Positions 23,301-35,300 of a stretch of 64,000 bases of DNA are shown here, piece after piece. The notes beneath the pieces are model-generated. The model searched no databases. It saw only the letters and a list, made by a program, of their open reading frames with translations, and was not told the DNA's origin. Numbering within the stretch: the stretch's first letter is position 1; every line of letters begins with the position of its first letter. Source of the DNA: Phoronis australis (taxonomy: Eukaryota; Animalia; Phoronida). The DNA is taken from the NCBI GenBank assembly GCA_002633005.1, contig NMRA01000103.1, positions 651,612 through 715,611 of the forward strand, in the 5' to 3' direction. Made by a program: the position numbers and the translations under genes.

Positions 23301-26300
23301 CATGCTTTATGCATGAAAATCAGTGATTTGTAATTGAAGGCCCGTGTTTAAGGAGTTCTCTAGGCGTGAGTGTTAACGGAGGACACCACCACACGTAATG
23401 CAGGCAGTAATCTATAAGGTAACATAAAATCAGTATTAGAAACAAAAACAAAACGAGATGCTGCTGAAGGTATTGAATAGAACAGAATGACCACAGTGGC
23501 AACGTCAGGACTTCAACTGAAAACAACCGTAACAATGTTTTATTCCATAACAGAAAAGAAATGAAACCTCGCAAAAAATGTGCAACCACAATGAATGCGA
23601 TGCTCACACTCAATTTAGATCATCAATCACGCTTCTGTAAGACCTTATCAACCAGTCTGTATTTGGCCAAACATCAAAACTATACATTTTAGCTCAGTAA
23701 GAGTATGTTTTCTGATAACAGAAAGCCTGTAGAATTTGAATTTTGAGTACACCAAACTGGCAAAAATTGGGTCACGTGACCATGTCTTTACAGTAAAAAT
23801 TTATCAAAAACGAAGGTACATTCACACCAAAACAGCGGCATCAATAACACCATCAAATTTCGTTTGATAAAAATGTTCAAGAACGCTGTCACAATTTTCT
23901 AAAATGTCATTTTGCGTTACTTCTATGCAACTTTTGATCTTTTTTATGAAAGTCCTAACTTCCAATAGTTCCTCATGGAAAAGCTCAGAAATGACTTCTC
24001 AACTGAAAAACGGAACAAGTCAACACAGTTTTTATTGTGATAAGTGGTCCAAATTAAAAGTTTGCTTACTGGACGGATCGCGAGTTTATTTTACCCACTT
24101 TTATAGACTGATCATAAAAAACAATGGAAAGGCGTTTTAAAAAACAAGTGTTAGGAAAGTGTTAATTAAGCACATCCATACATCATTCAACAAATGACAA
24201 GATCACAATGTCAGTTGGTAATATCAGTATCCAAGAGTAACACGAAGCGTTGACGTGCACCGCAGACAGTATGTTTCTAAGACTGCTAATCAGAATCACG
24301 TAATGAACAAGGATTAGGAAGACAACAATTTGACCACAATTGACCTATTGCCAGGACTTTGAGTGATGGCTTAAGTGACCAATCAGAACGCAGCATTCTT
24401 AAACACACCTTCGTTTCCAAGCCGCCATTTTACCCGACAAACAACACGTTGCCAGGTAAAACTTATTGTTTGCTTGTCGACGTTTCGCAAGGGGGCGGAG
24501 CTTGCGATAGGTCAATTGGTAGCTGCAAGAGCCAGAATGGACAAAAAAATGCTGCTATCTCACCCTTGAAAACAAACATCAAATCAAAGAGTTGAAAACA
24601 GTTTTCTTCAACAATCGCAACAAGGAAATATAACTTCACAAGGGACTAGGCACCCAAAAATAAGCAGGTCAAGTCTAACTTCTTTTCATAAAGGTGAGCT
24701 TCGGCAAATACAAAAAAAGACACAAAATGACACGTACATAGCTGCAATCACATTGAAAATGGAATGGCCACAAGGTGTTGCAGTAGCCAGATCCATCCAA
24801 AAATCTACTGGTACCAACACGTTCATATCACATATCTTTGTGTCAAAGTTTCATTGAAACTTGTCAATCAATTTTCCAGATATCATTCGGAAATGCTCTT
24901 CCTCCCAAAGGAACTGAAAAGCCCCGTGTCAAGACTGAAACGATCACTAGAGCTGCTGTTGAAGTCGAACTTGTCCCGAAAATTGACTGGTGTCGGTACA
25001 TTGGTGTCTTGTACTTCCATGCTAAGTTTCACTGAAATTGAACTATCGATTTTCTAGATATCATCCGGAAACACTACTGTTCCAAAAAACACCGGACAGC
25101 CCTGCCCTTCCGGCTCTGAAAAGCATGACAGATAAAAAAATTCCCTACACCTTCCAGCCAAATTTTATCAAGATCCAGCAAGGGGTTTTTGAGATATCGA
25201 GCGGACAAAGAGACAAGATCACCACGATATGCGACCACATTATTAAGGAATACACGTGGACACATGAAAAACAGACTAAGGGACAGGTTTCAAGAACATT
25301 CATGACCATTTGACATCACTTTCTGTTGTAAACTTGTTAGACAAGACATGTTAATAGACTACTAAGACAGACAGACAGGCAGGCAGGCAGACGGACATGT
25401 GGATGGGGCCATAATTTACCTTCATCCTCAGATTGCCAGCCTACAGAAAGACGGGCCACAAAAGAAAATTAATGTCAAGTCTGAATGAGCACTTGGTGTC
25501 TGTTTTATGAAAAGTGATTTAAGACTTAAGTCAGAAATTTGGTTTTATGCACCACACAACTATTTCAGAAAAATAATATAATCTCACATGAGCCAAATAG
25601 AGCCAAATAACGTCTCTGAGAATATACACAAAACGGCTAGTTACTGATAATTTCTATAACCATTTCCAGACTGTGATGCGGTAGCATTTACTTGGCTAAA
25701 CTTTTTTCAGAAATTGTGAAGTGAGTGCGCAAGACCAAATTTTCGTTGTAAGACTCCAGTCACTCTCATGAAACAGGACCCAGTTAAAACTCAGTATTAG
25801 TTGAACAAAATTGCCACGGTGAAACAAACATGATAAGATACATGTACAGTAACCCAGACTTTGAGTTTTAAGAACTTGCAGCATTTGAAGTCCTGGGACT
25901 CACAAACACACACAAGCTACACAAGAACCTGAAGAACACTGACACATACACACATCCATCACTCACACATTTTGAAAGGAGTTCTTACAACTCTACTCTA
26001 ACAAGGAACCTGGATTCATGTTAACTTTTTAAAAACTGGTAAACAGCTTGTCAATCATTTGTGGAAAACTGGCCTAAAAACTAAGTTCCAAACAAACAGT
26101 TGTACAACCACAAATATTCAACCTCAGCATCTCAACTGTTGAACCTGCATCTTTATTTACTACTCTCCTATTCGCTGAAAAAGAAACAAACATGGCCAAT
26201 CATCTTCCGCCACATATGCACAGCAAGGGAGCTTCTTGTGCAGGACAGACAACACAGTCAGGAAAAAAGAGAAATAATTAAGACTAAATCGCCGTGTTAA

Positions 26301-29300
26301 CAGTAATTGACAGAAATAAGAACAAACCAACTGAAAATGAAATAAGAAATAAAGTGACATATAACATTTATGCCAAGCTGTTCTTAACCAACTCTACACA
26401 TAGAGCAATGTTGACAAAATAATCTGTGTAACATAAACTGGAATTTCCCTAAGAATTAGTTCAAAGCCACATAAAGTAAAATGTCTAATATTTGACAAGG
26501 AGATTTGTAAGAATAACTTGACATAAAAAAGAACAACAAAACACTGTGAAAGTATGCAAGCTAAGACAATCTAGTCAAGTGCTGGTCTCTAACATAACGA
26601 TATCGCCTCGGAGAGGAGTTTAGCAGCTACAATCAGAGCTAACATCATTGAAATTGGGACAGTCTTGACCGAGTCACTCTTCTGTCATATGCCAAATCAT
26701 CCTTCACTAACACTGGACTGGTTGGCAATGATGACATCCACCTCAAGAACCAATCAGATATCCGCTAGTGGACTATGCTGATTTCCCATATACTGCCACA
26801 AGGAATTTTATCCCTGAACTCCAATTCAAACTTAAAAAATATTAATTGTTGCATTAATTCAGTATGAGCTGGAGCGTCTTTGATTTTCTACTTTTGTATA
26901 TCATTTACAAAGAGGATCTATCGAGCCTAAATATTGTAGTCATCATATGTGAATTTGTATTATTACTCCAAAACACATAATGCGTTCCAGCATATAATAT
27001 CTATAAGAACAGGGATTATTAAAATTAAATAGGAGTTCGAGTTTGAGGATTCGATTTCTGGCTGAAGAAAATGAGTGTAGACAGACACTGTTACACGGCA
27101 GTTAAAGGTGTTCCTACCTAGCCAGCTGGCTGTGTTGCTTATTAAAGCCGTTCAGTACATTGCAGCAGGATTGCAGTGCGTTACTTTATGCGCGTTTTTA
27201 TCCAGCAGTATTTATCCTAGGCAGGACATTTGTGCATCGATTGATCAAAGTAAGCGCTATTGCTCAGCAGCTTGGTTAAGAAGCGACAGGCAATCCTTGT
27301 ACCAGATCAGATATAGTCATACGATATGATACGATACGATGAGAACGTCTGCTTTTTGAACTTGTGCACAAGTGTCAATGATTGTAGGTGCAATATTCAG
27401 AACACTTAAAGCGACAAAATACTGGGGGAGCAGAAACTGCAAAGTGGGTAAAAGATAGTACACGGACATCTGTTAAGCTGTAGAGACTAGCACCGCCCTC
27501 TACTGGCTAACAAACAAACATTACCTTCACTAGATGAACAATCAATACCTGTGGAACTTAAAAGACAGGTCAAGGAAAAAATTGCTCATGGCGGCAAATT
27601 GGCACACCTATGTATGTACAAAACTGAATATGCTTTTGCTGTAAACATGCAAAACTGAATTTTCCAAAAAAAACGTCGCATCCAAATTCTTTTGAAAGTT
27701 TACCGGCTATCAGTAGTATTCTTTAAAGCTACACAATTCCAATTCTTGGTACAAAAAGTTCTCCCAATATATGTAATCATTAAAAAGGAACTATGAAATT
27801 TCTTGTATCAACGGACAATTTATTAACAAATCTGACAAACACAATGTATGGAGGGAGTCACAGAACCCAGTATTTCTCAATATTCCATGACACCTAATTT
27901 ATTGCAAAGCCAAAACTTTAAGGTTATGTAGGAAGGATTATATCGATAAGTCTGTGTTTTAGATAAATATCTACACAAGTATGGATTTAAACTCAATATC
28001 TCACAGCCATGTATTTTCTGAAAGTAGAACGCCTGTGAAACTTGTTTTCAAACTTCTTACCATTAGGTTACGTGGCCATGTCTTTTCCGTAAATTTAGTG
28101 AAAAAGAAAGATACATTGATAGTAAAACAACAGTACCAATAACAATAATAAATTTTATTTGATATAAATGTTCAAGGTGTAATATCACAAATGCTGTTAC
28201 AGTTTTCTGCATTATTTTTTGTTTTCGTTTTACTCTACTACTTGATTTTTCAAGAAAATCATGGAAGTTCTATTTTTTGACTGGAGCGTTTTAAAGAACA
28301 GTGCATAACAGCGTTTTGGGGGAAGAGTGCATATAGTGTATTACAGTTTCATGAGAATCTAGACGTTCCAAAGTTAGCCAAATTTGAAAAAATTTTCGGC
28401 AATAGTTGGAATAAAACATGCCCACCTTTTGAGAACCGGTCTGATGCCAGCTACTGAGTGGAGAAAACTAGTTCTCAAAATGCGGGCACGGTATATCAGA
28501 CTATTACCGATTTTATGGGCTCCCACATAACCTTAAAGTGTATTTTCTGGGGACCGCAACAAAATTTATTACGCCCCCCGAATCCCTCCGCCACCACCAC
28601 CACAGTTCAAGATTCACTGGTTACAATGCATGGAAGGGACACAGAAACAACAAAGACAAGAGATTAAACAAAGGAAAAGAAATAAGCAATAGGCATCACC
28701 TAGGTTAGGTGCAGACGAGCTCCACTTGCTGGCGTGCTTTAACTTAAAGAAACCTTTACCGAACGACGAACCTCGACTTTTCTTACTGTTCACGCGGTTG
28801 ATGTGGTCACGAGGCAGCGAGCCACCAAATGCTTCTTTGTTAATCGCTGGCGGAGTCTGGAAATGCAACATCAGGACAATGTTGAAAAATAACGAAAATG
28901 AGTGATTGGATGAGATCTCATCACAAGATGGCCAAAACTACATCAATATAATATAAAAAAAATAATTGCAGGCGGTCTGATACACGTTGTACCAGACGTG
29001 CGCAGGCCTCGCATGTGGGCCCATTGCACTGATCACCTGGAAATATTTTTATGCTTTATTAATATATGGTTAAAACCGAGTTGAGGAGCTAGAAACCTGG
29101 CTCAAGGGTTTAGCAGTGTGACCTAGTGGGATTCGAACCCACGACCTCGAGTAAAGAAAGCGGGCACTTGTCAACCAGGCCACACTGCCTACATCAAGTT
29201 TTGTATTAGAAATTCCACAGTCAGTAAGAAGGCATTACAGTTACAGAACACATCATCTCATCAGACTGGTCATTGGATACATCATACGTCACCTAGTCAA

Positions 29301-32300
29301 AGATTTGAGAATGAGAAAAATTACAAAGAACAAAGTAATGCAAGAATGATAAAATAAATCAGAGGCAAAAAAGTTCAAATTGTGATACAGATATTGTACG
29401 CAGAATAAGTTGACAAAAATCAATGAGAACTCCAAAATCGAAGGGTTTGTGGAAACAGCGACGAGAAACAACGAAAGGGTAAATAATAAGAGCTTGCGCA
29501 TGATCACAACCCAGTCACGACAAGCCACAACGACTAAGACAATGGCAGTTTCAACATTGTTTGCATAGATTTGGCATTTCACAAAAACCTACAGCTCAGG
29601 TGTGACCAACAACTTACCTTTGGTGCTGTTGGGGCGATGTCTTCGCAACTCGTTGATTTGACGACAGGTTTCTTGGGCGTTGGCGAAATGTTAATGGTGG
29701 ACGGTGCTGGACTATGGCCATTGGTACCGTTGGACCCATAGTGGACTACAAAGACGAATGGCAGTAGGTTATGGACGGCAGTAGGTTATGGACGGCAATA
29801 GTTGAGGACGGAAGTAGTTTATGGATGGCAGTAGGTTAATAACCTACTGCCATCCATAAACTACTTCCTTAACTTATGGACGGAAGTAGGTAATGGACGG
29901 CAGTAGATTATGGACGGCAGTAGATAATGGACGGCAGTAGGTTATGGAGAGCAGTAGTTTATGGACGGCAGAATGTTATGGACGGTAGAAGCACAGATGT
30001 CAGAAAAGGTTCTAGGCAGGGCTGCTTTGTCTCAGGTCGTATGTCCAGGGGACTATTCCATTAAAGTGACCAGAGACTTAACATAAATTTGGTGTTCTCA
30101 CGCTCACATAAATAATAAAATGAACAAAAGTTTAATCAAGTAATTATGAGTGCACCACATATAAGTTATCTCATTAACTAGCAGTTACGTATCTATTCTC
30201 AGGAACATTGCATTTTTGCTAAGTGAGAATTTATTTAGAAATAGTTGTGTGGAGTCTTAAATCACTTTTCAACAGAAGATAAGACAGCTGTATCTTAACC
30301 TTATATTGGCCCCAAGTTCACTGTACTGGCCTTTGAGTGTGATTATGACCAGCTGTCAAATTTACTATAAGTTCCAATGATTCGTTCACTTCAAGAGCAC
30401 AGTCCCGTGTTCGCAGCCACAACCATACCATGTAAATTCACCAAGAAATCCCATTCAAGCTGTCTGCCCAACAGGTAGCACGGCCGTTATATATGGAATT
30501 GTCTTCCCCAGTTGTAAACGAAGTTATCTCCCCTTCGAGTAACGCGACAGACAGGTTGTGAACAAGTAACAATTTAACAAGACCTAAACAGTTTCCTCAA
30601 GAAACTTAATTCAAGATTTGCTCAGGATACGAATAGCGAGTAAGGTGCTAAGACCGATTGTGAACAAGTCGCGTAGTTTCTCGGACAAGCTATCAGTGTA
30701 TATTGAAGTTTCTTTCTTATTAGTACAGTTGCTATTATGAAAAGAGAAATTGTCAACGTTGGATACAGTAAGAGAATTTACAAAGATCATAAAATGTAAG
30801 AGTTAGCCTTCAGTCTTCAACGGATTCATAAAACAACAGAACACCTAACGAGTAAAAGATATTTGAAAAATAAAAATGGGAAAGCAGTAAGTCAGAAATC
30901 TACAAGTGTTATACCTAACTTGACGAGAAACACTGAAAAATTAGGGCAGACCGTGTCACACCAGATTAGTCAGAACATCCAGCCCCGTCTCAAAATCTCG
31001 ACAAAACGGTTTGAGGATGGGGTGAACGGGTAACTTTTGGCCAAATCATGCCATGCATGTGACACCATGCATAGGATTGTTGCTCGGATTGCACACATTA
31101 TTGAGATTGTACTGAGAACAACTATTGTGTGACAGGGCCCAGAGGAAGCACAAATCCGACCAATCAAATGGCAGGAAGAGTGCACAAGGGCTGCCTACCG
31201 GGGGTGCTGGTAGCAGTAGGGTAGGGCATACCATTCACTTTCTGAGTTGTCTTGGTGGCGGTCGGGTGTTCGTGGATGAACAGTTCCATGTGGGCCCTCT
31301 GAGGTTCCTACAAGACAGTTGGCGAAAATATGACTGCAGTTTCATGACATGAATAAATCGATATGATAGCAATGTTAACAAGGACAAAAGTAAACAGACC
31401 TTCTCGAAAATATGCAGACTGATTGCTTGTAGTGAGATTCGATGAAATAACCTAATCAAAGCCATTTAAGTGTAATTGGATTGTCGCATTCAACACAACA
31501 AAATCTAATAGAATAACAGAATTCACAGCATGCTGTAAAATCAGTGAGTAAGAACAAGTCAGGCGGTAAAGTTTCATCAACTTTGGACAATAGATGGCGT
31601 GTAAGTAGATTCTTTGTCAGTAACACTTTAACAGCAGAAACTAAAATCTACTTTATCGATACCAATGTTTGTACTGAGCGGTTGTCACATTACTTGAATC
31701 ACTATTAAGCATTGGTAGCAAGGTGATCCTTCTTTGAGAATTCTTTTGATACTTTTTGTGAGACATATGGGAAATTTGACCATTCATAGCCCCCAGTCTT
31801 AATATTTTTTAACTGACTAAGAACGTGAACATTTCTGTCACTGACATTAGCAATTAAATCCCCCCTACAACGCATCTCTCACCTTTGCAGGTGTAGCCTC
31901 AGGCAGACGTACTGGTTCAGGTAACGAGGGCGCTGAGCTGCTGTCACTTCTGTTGTCCTCATCCAGCTGGGCACTCTCCACACCTGTACAGGTGAGACAC
32001 AGATAATCACAGGTGTGCAGGAAAAACAGGACGCAGGGCTTTTCAAAAGTTACAGTCAATTTTTCATTTAAACTTCTTACCACTACAAAATTGGTCTCGA
32101 CTTGTTTCTTACTAAGATGAGAAGTTTTCAGGCTTTGCAAAGAACCGACACTATCGAGTCACTAAGACGATGCTCGGCACATAGAATGGCACACCATGAC
32201 AAACCAACAAGTACAGTCTGGTCTCAAGCAACAACTGTTTCGAAACCTTAAAACTCACTTCCTACAATATAACTACAGAACCATTTGCGACCAATTTCAT

Positions 32301-35300
32301 TACGGTTACCCGTCTAAATCAAAAGATGGACCTTTCCATGTAAGGTGAGTTTAACATCAAACCCCCCCTCACCCAGTTTAACACCAAACCCCCCCCTCAC
32401 CCAGTTTAACACCAAACCCCCCTCTCACCCAGTTTCCTCCCTTGCCCCTGCAGGATCATCTCCTCTCTCTGTCGATATTGCAACATCATCTTCATCAGCT
32501 CATCAATCTTTCGCTCCTTCTCATCGTTCGCTATCATCAGCGTCTCCACGGCTTTCTTGAGCTTCTCAACTTCAACATCTGAAAACGCAGCAAAGTCATG
32601 AAATAGCGCACAACCACCTGTAGTTAAAATGCTACTAGTTACTTCTTTAAACTTGGCACGAGTCACTTTAAGTTCCAGTTGCTGTCCTGCCTTTCATTCA
32701 GAAAAAAGTCAAGACAGCCCTCTTTCTAGTCGTACGTTAATGAGGAAATGAAAGACATTAAAAGGGCACTCTACCAAAATTTTGGGGTCAGTTTTGTTAT
32801 TTGAAAGTGATCATTGTGTGTGTCAACATGTTTTCTCTGCTTCTGACTGCCGACACATCAGGTATCTTTTCACAATTCATCCGTTACTCCTATAAAAAAT
32901 TGGGGTTGCTACAAGTGCCAGATGAAATTGGTAGCTGACGAGGAAAAACATGAAAGACAAAAAATTTTTTCGATATGTTCAACCATGGCAAAAACTCATT
33001 AATTTCAGAAGCCGAATGGTCATTATTTTCTAGCAATTCAGAGTGATGTATGCGAAACAAAAATATTTATTAGATCAGCAAGAAGTGTAAATCAACCGAG
33101 TCTAAAATTAAAGAAGGGCGTCTTAACGGAAGAAACACCTTATAAATTAAAACCGCATTTCGCCCTGATTAGCAGACTATAAACGAAAATTGAATTGGCG
33201 CAACTCTCATTAACTCAGTCTGGTAACATTCATCACTGTGAATGGATTCTATTTCTGTTACAATGGAGAACAAGGAAACCCATCAGTGACTCAAGAACAT
33301 AATTCAGAATTTATTGAGCCTCGCCAACCCTCAAGTTGTCAATTCCAAAATGGTGCATGTACGCATCGCCTGTGTTCTTGTTGGTATCAGAAATAGAATG
33401 TCACCGTAAGAAACATTACGAGACCAATTTTATGAGACTAAAAGGCCTACGGAATTCAATTTTCGTTTTTCAGCCAGCTAAACTGGGCGAAATACACATT
33501 TGAAACCTGAGAAAATAATATTTTTTCTCAAAACATTTTTAAATAGAAGTTATCAATAACCTTAATTAAAGGAATTTTTACCATCGTCTGGATAATGCAT
33601 ATTGTGAAGTATGAGATTATATCAACATGCCTTCAATGAGACATTATCTATTGACAACAATTAACTGTAACATGAATTTAAAAAGACAGCTTATTGAAAT
33701 CAGTGCACTGGTCGATATCAAAACTACACAACCAAAATTAAAAAAAACTAACGTCTATAAATAACATGCACAACACAGAGGGAAGAGCTGGAGAACAAAC
33801 AAAAGTCGTGTCAACACTACGACAATTCACTACACCAACGTGACAGGTCGCATGCAAACGTGACTTCCTAAGTAGACAACTGAATTCCGTCAGCAGGAAA
33901 ATCAACCAAATAGGAACTCTTAAGAAAATCAATACCTGATCAGGCCTAAGTAGAAATTAATGACTAACATTCCATTAACTGCAGTTGTAACTTTAGTGGT
34001 GCCAACCATGTAACCATCACGGCCGACTTTTATCGTAATGTAACTTGTGCATGTTTTCTTAATCCAAAAAAACCTGCATATAGCCAACGTGAAAATGAAG
34101 AAACTACAGAAAATTTGATTCTGTTAACTTGTTACTGAAATTTACCCAAAAGCGTACTACAGAATTCATGTTCAGTTCATGTTGGCATAGTGGTATCAGG
34201 AAAATTGAAATTTGGAAAAAAGACCAATGACAAAAAAGAGGAAAAATTTCTGTCATGAATCGTTTCATAAATAATTAGGGTTTTCCGATAGAAATGTTTT
34301 TTGAATTGTAAAAGTTAGCTAAAATGAACGTTTTTGCTGCAAGAATAAAGTAAAAGTAACAATAAAAAAGACGAACAAAAAGAAAACTGGAAATCAAATA
34401 ACAGCAAATCGAAACCAAAAACGAGGAAATCCCCTTAAAAGAGGAAAATTCCAAGCCCTGATTTAAGGTTTGTGTTTTTCTATTACACAAACTTGGCCTC
34501 GTATAAATCTAAATTGAGCATTGTTTCAAGGAAACATATTCGAGACATCAAAAAATGTTAAATTAACACTTCTTGGGTTATTGAGTGGTGTTATTTTTGG
34601 CTTAACAGACTTCTTTATAAATTGAAACCCCAATCAATACCTTAATGCACCAAAGTGTCACAGTAACGGTAATTATGAGCATGCAGGTACGAGTTTATAA
34701 GGGCTAATTAAAAATATTAGAAACAATTTTGTTATGTCTGCCAGTAGAACAGAAGAAGATATCACCACAGAAAATTTGGACAACACAGAAACGAAAAATA
34801 ACAACAAAACAACACAAAAACGCCAGAGTGTTGTTTATACTAACCAAACCGTGAGTCACAGTGGGGCATCGATGTGTGGTTAGCAGGCAAAATAAAATTA
34901 ATCAAACACCATACATTAGTTTCTCTTGTAAAATCACCGTTCCATTAATAAAAGAACACAAACCATAATAGAAATACATACAAAGTGGCAATAGAGACAT
35001 TCCCATGTGAAACTTAAGTGTAAGTAATTGGGGTATTTTTTCTGCTAAAATTTTAATCATAAATTTTTTTGCATTGCGACACGATTTACCCAATATTCAG
35101 AATTCCACCACATATGCCTGAATACCAGGAAATTTTAATCGTGAGCTACAAAGGTTTGCTTACTCAATTAGGAGTAGTATAGTGTCAATGCCTGCCAATA
35201 GGAGCGATGAAGATACTAGTATTTCAGAAGTAAGCAAGAAACACTGGGGCCCGGGATATGACCGTGTGTGGAATCATACCCAATAATTTTCTTCTTGGAA

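Noticed and set aside
29289-29588. 97-codon hydrophobic ORF as a transmembrane terminal exon
   Set aside because: It is out of frame with read-through of the upstream exon, the only phase-0 acceptor would leave a 29-nt intron, and T-rich composition explains the hydrophobicity.
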